Source of the DNA: Nemertoderma westbladi
Lineage: Eukaryota; Animalia; Xenacoelomorpha
Assembly (NCBI GenBank): GCA_032718475.1
Contig: JAUCBJ010006634.1
Span: 1-49,797 of the forward strand
Direction: 5' to 3'
DNA length: 49,797 bases
The notes under the pieces were generated by a model. The model did not search any database, was not told the origin of the DNA, and saw nothing but the letters and a program-made list of their open reading frames with translations. Below, one piece after another: positions 13,001 to 23,200 of the stretch (its first letter is position 1; each line of letters starts with the position of its first letter). The position numbers and the translations under genes are program-made.

Positions 13001-15485
13001 GCCCTGTTTCTCCTTGTCGTCCTTCTCGTCTTTGGGTGGGGTAGATGACAGGTAACACGCCTTCTCCTTGATGTTTCGAACAACCTCGAACTCACTGGAG
13101 GTGTGGAAGTCGTGTCCCTCCTTCCGCAGCAGCAGTCTCAGGTACCTGGTCACGTCCCGACCCGCTATGTCCGCCCGCATTATCGAATGGGGCAGAGCGA
13201 ACCCCTCGTAAATGGGCACCGAGTGAGTGACCCCGTCCCCCGAGTCTAACACTACCCCGGTGGTGCGCCCCGTAGCGTACAGAGAGAGAACTGCTTGTAA
13301 ACTAACGTACAACGCCGGCACGTTGAATGTCTCGAAAAACGTTTCGGCGGCTTTCTCGCGATTTGACCTGCAACGGGATCGGCGTTGAAACATAATTATA
13401 TTGACGGATCAATTTACTATTTACTTTAAGATGGGTGGGGGGGGGGGGGGGTGGTACTTTTCGTTTTTTATTTTATCTGGAATGCAGAATTAAATTGGGA
13501 TTTCAAATCTTAAAACGGCTTGGCGAGATATTTTTTTATTATCGAGTTATCGCTGTCTTTCCGTCTACCAGTTTGTCCGTCAAAATTTAGAAGACAGACA
13601 AACCGCCAGACAGACTTATTAGATGCCACCAAACATTAAAACTGACATCAGAGATGACCCCGAAAACCACTATATGGATAATTTTAGTGAGTTGTTATGA
13701 AGTCATAGTTCCAAACATTACTGACCGATTAACAGACCACAGACAGACATTATTGAGCGGGAAGGCAAATTATCTCGGAATTACATGACGATTTTTCAAA
13801 ATTAAGGGACTAGTAGTGTTTTTAGTAAAATATTTAATTTTAAAATAGTATTTAGTGCTCGACCTCAACAACAATCAGATCAAAATGAAAAAAATAGTAG
13901 TGCAGCAGTGACACAGACATGGAAACAGGATATTGCACAGTCAGTAAGTAGTATGGAAGTCTAAAAGCACGAATATCATGTCGGTGAAAGTGGTGAAAGT
14001 TAGTGAAAGAGAAAATGGCTACAAAATTATGGTAGTTTTTGGAGTCGGAATGCTGTACATTATTTACGGACTCCGACTCCGAAATCCTGCTTTATTTTAC
14101 TATTTTCTACAAATATAAATGAGATGACGTGAAATTATCAGAAAATTGTTATTCCCTAAAAACAAGACCATCGACAAACGGTTTGCCTAATATTTTATGA
14201 TGACCAGAAAAGATTGTAAAGTTCGTTTACTGTAGGTTGCAATACAATAGGGTTTAATTACCTCGGATTTAAAGGCGCCTCTGTAAGTAGAACTGGGTGT
14301 TCCTCTGAGAATGTTGATAGTTGGTCCTTACTGTAAATATACTGCCAAATGCGTTCCATGTCGTTCCAATCCGTTACAATGCCATGTTCCAACGGATACT
14401 TTACGTATAAGAGACCTCTGTGTTCCTCGGCTTTAGGGCCTAGATTAATCAGTAGTTTAAGAAACAATTATAGTTGATAATAATAGGCCTAATAGGTAAC
14501 GGAGGGGACGGGCCAATGTTAATAACGGCGTAAATTCCGCCAAATTCATAGGATTATAGATTGCACTATATCTTCCTAGTTTGACTACCTGGGGCTAGTG
14601 TAGTGAGACCTCACTGACTGCCATAAGAATACGGAGATATAAAAACGTCGGCATTTAAGTTACAGTTGAAATCCGAACCTCTGGTATTTTCGTATTGCAA
14701 ATTAACACTCAGACACTGTAAGAGTATGAATGTAACCTATGTTATTGCGTTATCGTTATTGTTTTGGTTAGAAAAGCCCGACACGGTAACCTGCTCCTTT
14801 CTGTTGATTAGGCCTAAGAAATCTAGTTTCGATTATTGATTTGGTTATAAAACACCGCCACTGCCACTGTAACCTGCTCCTTTCCCTTAAATTTACAAGA
14901 GGTCCGCATTGCGCATGTGAACGATAACCGGCAGACCGGTGTTTCGCAGGTTCGAGATACAGCGACAAGCGGAAATCAGTAGCCGCGTGAGTGTTAGCGG
15001 TCAGGCGGTAGGCCTACCAGTTGCTGTTGTAGTGTAATTACACCGGCCCTGCGGTCCGATCTGCCGATAGATTCTGATCCTACTCCATACACCATAATCC
15101 TTGCCTGTCAGCCTGTGGCGTGGCTATGGCTATGATGAGGGATACGCCTCTATTTGCCTACCACCTACCTACCGGTAGGCTATTGTAATAGAGCCTTTTT
15201 ACTTCAATACTTTAACACTTAAAACATAGGCCTAACTGCCTAAGCCTATGTATATTAATCAGTTATGACGCAATCTTCACTGCCAATAGCCAATGCGTTA
15301 ATGCCAAACTCACCTATGAAAGCATCTCCTTCCAAAGCCCCCGCCATAAGTCGAACATGTTTTGGTCGGCCAACATAAGCAGGAAAATGACATTTGGGAA
15401 TTTGGTCGCCGGCAAATCCAGCTTTTATAATTCCAGAACCATTATCGATGACCACGGGTTGATTTGCTAAAATATATGACTCCAT
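6877..15485 (-). CDS. ACTR1: Actin-related protein 1 (centractin, dynactin Arp1), 5 coding exons, ~382 aa
   Basis: Exons 15485-15314, 14439-14262, 13367-12974, 12842-12644 and 7082-6877 join in frame across GT-AG introns (1149 nt). Arp1-type rather than conventional-actin motifs: [104 protein letters not shown]. Confidence 0.95.
7124..7351. repeat. 37-bp tandem repeat x6 in Arp1 last intron, ~40 nt from the acceptor
   Basis: AATAAATCGAGAGTTCCCGAAGGATATTATTTATTCC repeated near-perfectly. Confidence 0.97.
8720..9031. repeat. ~39-bp tandem repeat x5 inside the TIR element
   Basis: CTTCGGTACATGATGCACCCCCACAAGGTGTTGTTTTCC units; the third unit is interrupted by a MITE. Confidence 0.85.
8825..8925. 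mobile_element. 101-bp Mutator-like MITE
   Basis: Inverted GGACAATTCCGACCC doublets at both ends; exact 9-bp TSD CACGCCCAC at 8816-8824 and 8926-8934. Confidence 0.85.
10748..12405 (+). mobile_element. Candidate solo LTR (~640 bp) interrupted by the 11277-12294 element
   Basis: TGTAAAGTAT...ATCCTTTACA inverted termini, TATAAAA at 10875, AATAAA at 11247; no matching TSD seen. Confidence 0.3.
11277..12294. mobile_element. Non-autonomous TIR DNA element (possibly Sola-like), related to 8331-9699
   Basis: Perfect 26-bp TIR CGGCAGCTCCAAACCAAAACCCAGTA; 4-bp TSD TATT; many AAAACCCAGTA(AC) motifs in both orientations. Confidence 0.85.
12644..12842 (-). CDS. ACTR1: Arp1 coding exon 4
   Basis: TAG|CTC CCA GAC GGT (LPDG) acceptor; [11 protein letters not shown]...[12 protein letters not shown]; G|GTTCGT donor. 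Confidence 0.92.
12974..13367 (-). CDS. ACTR1: Arp1 coding exon 3
   Basis: CAG|G TCA AAT acceptor; [20 protein letters not shown]...KYTYQ; CAG|GTAAGT donor. Confidence 0.92.
14262..14439 (-). CDS. ACTR1: Arp1 coding exon 2
   Basis: TAG|GC CCT AAA acceptor; encodes [10 protein letters not shown]...[13 protein letters not shown]; AG|GTAATT donor. Confidence 0.92.
14745..14892 (-). repeat. Two degenerate inverted copies of the 68-bp unit in Arp1 intron 1
   Basis: TTGTTTTGGTTAGAAAA...GTAACCTGCTCCTTTC occurs twice and is the reverse complement of the upstream array unit. Confidence 0.8.
15314..15485 (-). CDS. ACTR1: Arp1 coding exon 1
   Basis: ATG at 15485 ([18 protein letters not shown]...), ends GDAFI-G|GTGAGT donor. 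Confidence 0.92.
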
Positions 15486-16094
15486 TTCGAAGCAATCAAC
15501 AGAGAGTACCAGTACAGCGCAGCACGTACCGGTTGCCGGTAGGACTAATACCAATACTGTAATACCCTATCCTAACAGCCTTATGCTGTTATGGCAGTAC
15601 CGTCTGACCGTATGGTAGCAGTAGGCCTTATTACAGTATTGCGTTACTGTATTAGGTCAGTATGCCTACCGGTCCTGTCTGCCTGTAGTTGGTACCGGTA
15701 GTTGCCAAAGCTGCAGGGTATTAAACTGTTAAGTCTGTCATGAAATCACAATCACACCTGAATACCAAGCCACACGCGGATAAGTTCAAAGTAACCGCAT
15801 AAAACAAAGCAGCAGCAGGCCCATATGAAGTTCATCTTCTGTATTATTATTATTACAGCCTTACATTTTACCCCCCATGTGAAGAATACCAGGTTTTTAC
15901 TAAAAACCCATTTTACAGAAGGACTAAATCAAAGGGATTGACTTTTCCGCGTAGGTGTAGCCTACGCGTAAGCGTCGCATAGCAGGCGAAAGAATGCCGT
16001 TTCGCGTAGGTAACCATAATTAATTTATATAATTAGAGATTTCATAAAAGAGAGGTAAATTCAAATAAGCTCAATTCAATATGAAGTTATTTAG

Positions 16095-17482
16095 GGCAGT
16101 GATTTTTTATGTCCTTTTATTTGACTTTTTTTGTCCCTTTTTTTTACGAATTATGCATAATGACTTTTGTTGTCCTTTTAATGACTTTTATTGTCCTTTT
16201 AATGACTTTTTATGTATGTATTTCTTCAAACTGTCAGACTGCTGATTTCTGGACTGTCAGATAGTTGATTTCACTATGCTTGTGCCAAAACATTCCATGA
16301 TTCCATGACTTATAGACTATGAGATAGATTTCCATATGCGCCTGTGGTAAAAAGACTATATTTAATAGTTTGTGGTTGTTGTCGATAATCGATTACCACA
16401 TGACGTAGCAAAACACTCAGTTTATAGCCAAAAACAATTACCAATTGATGGAAAGGAGCAGGTTAAGGCCGAGTTTTCTAACCAAAACAATAAACAGTCA
16501 CTTTACCAAATCAGGGAAAGGAGCAGGTTACAGAGACGCGATTTTCTAACCAAAACAATAAACGATCACTTAACTAATTGAGGGAATGGAGCAGGTTACA
16601 GAGGCGGGATTTTCTAACCAAAACAATAAACGATCACTTAACTTATTGAGGGAAAGGAGCAGGTTACAGAGGCGGGATTTTCTAACCAAAACATTAAACG
16701 ATCATTTAACTAATTGAGGGAAAGGGACAGGTTACAGAGGCGGAATTTTCTAACCAAAACAATAAACGATCACTTAACTGATTGAGGGAAAGAAGCAGGT
16801 TACAGAGGCGGGATTTTCTAACCAAAACAATAAACGATCATTTAACTAATTGAGGGAAAGGGACAGGTTACAGAGGCGGGCCTTTCTAACCAAAACAATA
16901 AACGGTCACTTTACCAATTCAGGGAAAGGAGCAGGTTACAGAGGCGGGATTTTCTAACCAAAACAATAAACGATCATTTAACTAATTGGGGGAAAGGGGC
17001 AGGTTACAGAGGCGGGATTTTCTAACCAAAACAATAAACGATCATTTAACTAATTGAGGGAAAGGAGCAGGTTACAGAGACGGGATTTTCTAACCAAAAC
17101 AATAAACGATAACATTACCAATTGAGAGAAAGGAGCAGGTTACAGAGTCGGGATTTTCTAACCAAAACAATAAACGATAACATTACCAATTGAGGGAAAG
17201 GAGCAGGTTACAGAGGATTAAATGGTAGGCTACACAGTAGGCCTATAGCAGTACCGGTGCCGGTACCGGTACTAAAATGCAGAAATACCTGCTTTATACC
17301 TACATCTGTACATACAATACAGCAAAATAGTGCTATATATACTAATACCGGTACTGATAGCCTGAGAGAACAGCAGTAGAGAAACCGGTAGCATGGAACC
17401 TAACATTAGACTTTTGGAGGACATAAAAAATAAAAAAAAAAGGACAAAAAAAGGATTTAAACGGACAATAAAAATTATTGCG
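16095..17482. mobile_element. Non-autonomous TIR element (9-bp TSD) carrying a 68-bp tandem array
   Basis: Degenerate TIRs GGCAGTGATTTTTTATGTCC / GGACAATAAAAATTATTGCG; direct repeat GTTATTTAG at 16086-16094 and 17483-17491; TGTCCTTTT and AAAGGACA subterminal motifs. Confidence 0.65.
16445..17216 (+). repeat. 68-bp tandem repeat, ~11 copies
   Basis: Unit GAGGGAAAGGAGCAGGTTACAGAGGCGGGATTTTCTAACCAAAACAATAAACGATCACTTAACTAATT. Confidence 0.95.
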
Positions 17483-18054
17483 GTTATTTAGTAGCATGGT
17501 AGGCCCTCATCATCTGGGCACAAACTACTTATCAACAGTATCAAATACCGATGATACGACAAACATCGATAATAGGGATAATACAGAGTTTACAGACCCA
17601 TACCCAGGACCCAGCTAATACCGGGTCCTGTCGACCTGTACCGCGCCAAGCGCCATTACCTACCTATAAATTAATTGGCAACTAAATTGTACTCAACCAG
17701 TAAAGATTTTAATAATTATTAACATACAGTAATTTATGCAATTATTTTTTAAAATGCAAAGTCTCTTAGAGGGATTATCCTATTATCAGAATTTTGAGAA
17801 ATGCTCATGTTCAAAAATTATTTGTGAAAAAACATTTTTATTTGCCATAATTTGACACTTTTTTCCTAAATTTGACACTTTATGGCCTATATATTTCGGC
17901 AACCACAAACAAAATGAAAAAAATGGTAATAGGTGTTAAGCATCACCCAATTATCAATCATGCCAAATTTCACGCGAATTCGTCACTCCAAAGAAGCATT
18001 AAAAGTATGTCCAATCATGCAGAGGTATGGAAACGAGTGCTAAACAGACCATAA

Positions 18055-19050
18055 TTGGATGTTTGCAACCGGGTGGTGAAAGGGGAAATGCCACCACCAA
18101 TTTGGACTAAAAGTCAACTAAGAACCCCAGAAAGGAGACCTCGGCATACCAACAAACTATCGTGGGATATGTCTGCTTGTGGTAGCTACCAAAATATACA
18201 AAAATTATTCTGTATAGAATTGCTTGCGACGCATCTTATAGGACTCTGGCCTTGAAGATGCGGATTATCTAGCAAATGTCATGGGTGATAGGGAGTTGTG
18301 GCGGCGCAATTTCGGCCGGCGCAGTATTTTTAATATATGTAATATATATAATGCAGCTACTGTACAATGCAGCATGCCGATAGTAGTAGTAGAATTAGGC
18401 CTCACATGGAAAAACTATACAGTAAGTAAGAGCCCGAATGGCTTTCGATCAAATAGATCAACAATAACTCAGATACTTGCGCTACGGAGACTGGCTGAGG
18501 GAATAAGTCAAATAATCTTCCTGCAGTTCTGACATTTGTGGACTTCAAGAAAGCATTCGACTCAATCCATAAAGGTAAAATGCTGGAAATCATAAGAGCT
18601 TATGGAATACCAGAAGCAATTGTCACTGATTGGCGTTGGATTGTTATATGGTGACACAGCTCAGGTACTCTCACCAGATGGTGAAACTGAGTTATTCTCA
18701 ATCCTGGCTGGCGTACTGCAAGGTGAAACATTAGCGCGATTACTATTTGTAATTGTACGGATTACGGTAAGCAATTAGGACGACCACAAAGGGATAAAAT
18801 CTAGGATTCACACTACAAGGACGCAGACGTAGAATGAACGCATATTAAGTGGGCACTGATGGAGAAGTAAGGATCTGCTTTCCTGGCAACCAACTCATGG
18901 AAAGCGTAGTCGTGGACGACCGTCCATAACATATATAGATCAACTTGAAAGAGATACTGAACTTGGGAGAAACGAAATTGTGACAACTATGGAGAATCGG
19001 GAAGATTAGAAAGATCACATTTCCACTGTCCGAGTTAGCTCGTCCTAGTA
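18055..19050 (+). pseudogene. Two internally deleted RTE-clade LINE fragments
   Basis: Frameshifted KGDLGIPTNYRGI, NGFRSNRSTITQILALRR, FVDFKKAFDSIH, AYGIP and GVLQGETLA; RTE-type C-termini (MGDRELW, MENRED) and a (TAG)n tail at ~18380. Confidence 0.85.
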
Positions 19051-19877
19051 TTGATTGTAGTGGTAATTGATGCGAGAATGTAATACGAATATAGTATATA
19101 TAGTCTCTATCAAATAAACTTTATTAAATCTTATTTTTTAACTTAACTATATTTCTGATCGTGATCTATTATTATTATTATAATTATTTAATCCGGACAT
19201 TAACTTCAAATATAAAAAATGTGTCCATAAAATTTAATGAAATATCTTTGTATTATTATGATAACAGCAACCGCAATTAGTTGTATTTTTTCATTGCAGG
19301 TATGTCTGTCAGCATGGCGACGGTGGGAAGGTTTCTATGATTACCTGTAAGCCTGGATTTTACCTTGTTCTTTGTATTACCGGTCACCGGGAAAAAAACC
19401 CTTTCATTGGTAATAAATTTATTGTTATTTCATCATTCAACAGTCACTTTCTAATGTTAATAATTTGTTTGTTTATTGAAACAACTAATAATAATAAAAA
19501 TTAATAGCAAGAACCTTAAAGATATAGATCGCAAAGCGAAATAAAAAAATAATCTCCCATTGTAATATAGAAATCAACCATAATGATATACTATAACAAA
19601 CATAGCTTAAATTGCATAGCAGGTCCCAGCCCCCCCCCCCCCCCCCCCCCCCCTTACACTACAAAATAGAACATAATGCACGTAGACCGAACTAAATTAA
19701 ACACAATTAAAGATGCATTGCATTGAATAACAAATAATGTACAACAACCGCATTTACTAGACTAGAGAAATCCCAGTTTACAATACTAAAGTGTGTCAGA
19801 CCATGTCCAAAGATTGCAGTGCGGCCACAAATAAACAGTCTTTAGCTAATATGTCTCTTGTATATCAAACAGAAACG

Positions 19878-20222
19878 CTAGGGTCGGGCCGGTCTATATC
19901 GAATGACCCCACGACCACGTTGCTGAGATTGGCCCCTTCCCATGGCAACGCCACCATCAGCCAATCCCGCGACAGTTTCCTCTTCAATTGCACGGCCATC
20001 ACCACCGTAGTTGTTCGCGTTGGTGTAATTCCCCTCCCGGCCTCTAGATGTCGCTCTAGGTTTGGGTCGTCTCAGCGGTTGTCCCGTTGCCTTGGGACGA
20101 CAGATGGCGTCACTCAGCCCGATCCCGGTGTCGAGACTGCTCCCAACGGCGGACAACTGGTACTGCCCAACGGCAGACGTCGGCGACAAGTCCACACTCA
20201 GCTCCTCCAATCTTATGTTAAC
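19878..20222 (-). CDS. Putative TDRD5-like terminal exon 4
   Basis: GC-rich 114-codon open frame after TTTATTCATTTCTCGAAG|GTT. It is phase-matched to the donor at 30998 and continues the helix LEAAIEK|[12 protein letters not shown]. The tail contains RG motifs. Confidence 0.6.
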   Translation of the reverse strand, partial: VNIRLEELSVDLSPTSAVGQYQLSAVGSSLDTGIGLSDAICRPKATGQPLRRPKPRATSRGREGNYTNANNYGGDGRAIEEETVAGLADGGVAMGRGQSQQRGRGVIRYRPARP

Positions 20223-23200
20223 CTTCGAGAAATGAATAAACTTTAGGTGATTAAACACCACAACATCGGTATAAAGGTACCGTATGCAGTATTTGTAGAA
20301 TAAAAAATGTACCCTTCATAAATGACGCCCCTACTCCATGTCCCGGTTTGTCTGAAAATTATAGACGACCTTACACCAGAAACTTCACGCTACAGACATT
20401 TTGTCAAATGTTCAACGACAATGAACATTGTTTTTTGGACTAGGGCTTAGATTTGATCGAATGGAAATCGACAATTCTAGAACTTTTTGTTAAGGGCTTT
20501 CCGCTATTGTTTTTGCACAATGCCCCGGAATATAGTGTCGTAATTCAATGACACGAACCCCCCTAATTTTTCTACAAATCTTAATGAGATTGCATGAAAT
20601 TTGAAACAGAGATAGTTTCCTATCCCTCCTCCTCCGTGGGTGAGCTAGAATATTTATTTTCGCTTTCATTCATTAGCTACACGCGATTGAATAAAGTGTC
20701 ATATTAAATATACCATATTCTGGAATATTTAGTTAATGTATGAATAACGACTTAAAAAAAAGAATGATTAAAGAGGCATTGCATATAGATGTCAATCAAA
20801 TCACTATAAAGTCAAAGAATAACTGCAGTGTAATTATATCAAAAGCCCTAGTTAATTCCAAAAAGCAATGTACAATGTCGTTGAACATTTGAGAAAATGT
20901 CTGTAGCGTAAAGTTTCTGGTGCAAGGTCGTATATAATTTTCAGACAAACCGCGACATGGAGTAGCGGCGGGTCAGAGTAAAACGCGGATCCGGATCAGG
21001 ATCCGGATTCTATCATTTAACATTGTCCCTATGGAAGTCGACTGAATTTACATTTTTAGGGTGTAATCTGCGGATCCGCGCACTGCTAAATTTACCGAAT
21101 CCGTAACCGAGTGTAAAATGCGGATTGGCCTTTTTTCAGATCCGGAACGGAGTGTAAAGCGCGGATTCATATTTTAGGCTAAATCCTGAACGGAGTGTAA
21201 AACGCGGATTCATTTTTCTACTAAATCCGGGATTGGGTGTAAAATACGGATTCAGGTTTATTACAAAGTTTTATTAAATCCGGGAAGGGGTGTAAAACGC
21301 GGATTCAAGTTAATTACCATGTTTTATTGGATCCGGGAAGGGGTGTAAAACGCGGATTCTAGTTAATTACCAAGTTTTATTGGATCCGGGAAGGGGTGTA
21401 AAACGCGGATTTACGTTAATTACTAAGTTTTATTGGATCCGGAATGGAGTGTAAAACACGGATTTACGTTAATTATCAAGTTTTATTGGATCCGGAATGG
21501 AGTGTAAAACACGGATTTACGTTAATTACTAAGTTTTATTGGATCCGGAATGGAGTGTAAAACACGGATTTACGTTAATTACCAAGTTTTATTGGATCCG
21601 AAATGGAGTGTAAAACGCGGATTCAAGTTAATTACCATGTTTTATTGGATCCGGGAAGGGGTGTAAAACGCGGATTCTAGTTAATTACCAAGTTTTATTG
21701 GATCCGGGAAGGGGTGTAAAACGCGGATTTGCGTTAATTACTAAGTTTTATTGGATCCGGAATGGAGTGTAAAACACGGATTTACGTTAATTATCAAGTT
21801 TTATTGGATCCGGAATGGAGTGTAAAACGCGGATTCAAGTTAATTACCATGTTTTATTGGATCCGGGAAGGGGTGTAAAACGCGGATTCTAGTTAATTAC
21901 CAAGTTTTATTGGATCCGGGAAGGGGTGTAAAACGCGGATTCAAGTTAATTACCATGTTTTATTGGATCCGGGAAGGGGTGTAAAACGCGGATTCTAGTT
22001 AATTACCAAGTTTTATTGGATCCGGGAAGGGGTGTAAAACGCGGATTTACGTTAATTACTAAGTTTTATTGGATCCGGAATGGAGTGTAAAACACGGATT
22101 TACGTTAATTACCAAGATTAATTGGATCCGGAATGGAGTGTAAAACACGGATTTACGTTAATTACCAAGTTTTATTGGATCCGGAATGGAGTGTAAAACG
22201 CGGATTCAAGTTAATTACCATGTTTTATTGGATCCGGGAAGGGGTGTAAAACGCGGATTCTAGTTAATTACCAAGTTTTATTGGATCCGGGAAGGGGTGT
22301 AAAACGCGGATTTGCGTTAATTATCAAGTTTTATTGGATCCGGAATGGAGTGTAAAACGCGGATTCAAGTTAATTACCATGTTTTATTGGATCCGGGAAG
22401 GGGTGTAAAACGCGGATTCTAGTTAATTACCAAGTTTTATTGGATCCGGGAAGGGGTGTAAAACGCGGATTTACGTTAATTACTAAGTTTTATTGGATCC
22501 GGAATGGAGTGTAAAACACGGATTTACGTTAATTACCAAGATTAATTGGATCCGGAATGGAGTGTAAAACACGGATTTACGTTAATTACCAAGTTTTATT
22601 GGATCCGGAATGGAGTGTAAAACGCGGATTCAAGTTAATTACCATGTTTTATTGGATCCGGGAAGGGGTGTAAAACGCGGATTCTAGTTAATTACCAAGT
22701 TTTATTGGATCCGGGAAGGGGTGTAAAACGCGGATTTGCGTTAATTATCAAGTTTTATTGGATCCGGAATGGAGTGTAAAACGCGGATTCAAGTTAATTA
22801 CCATGTTTTATTGGATCCGGGAAGGGGTGTAAAACGCGGATTCAAGTTAATTACCATGTTTTATTGGATCCGGGAAGGGGTGTAAAACGCGGATTCTAGT
22901 TAATTACTAAGTTTTATTGGATCCGGGAAGGGGTGTAAAACGCGGATTTGCGTTAATTACTAAGTTTTATTGGATCCGGAATGGAGTGTAAAACACGGAT
23001 TTACGTTAATTACCAAGATTAATTGGATCCGGAATGGAGTGTAAAATACGGATTACGTTAATTACCAAGTTTTATTGGATCCGGAATGGAGTGTAAAACG
23101 TTACAACTGATTTACTGAGGCTGTCATGCCAGCATACTGCTCTACAACTACAGCTGCATCTAGTAGTTAGAATAGTAGAGCTAATACTTTTACTTAATAC

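Noticed and set aside
13500-13790. DINE-1/Helentron-like remnants (also near 2600-2780 and 5400-5650)
   Set aside because: Only short motifs (GACAGAC, GACCCCGAAAACC) are visible; too degraded to delimit without a repeat library.
15486-15554. N-terminal extension of Arp1 from the ORF track
   Set aside because: Begins at a non-ATG codon; homology starts at ATG 15485.
16445-17216. CRISPR-like array
   Set aside because: Whole 68-bp units are repeated; there is no spacer diversity.
19791-20246. 151-aa plus-strand ORF
   Set aside because: Non-ATG start and no motifs; antisense to the better-supported minus-strand exon.
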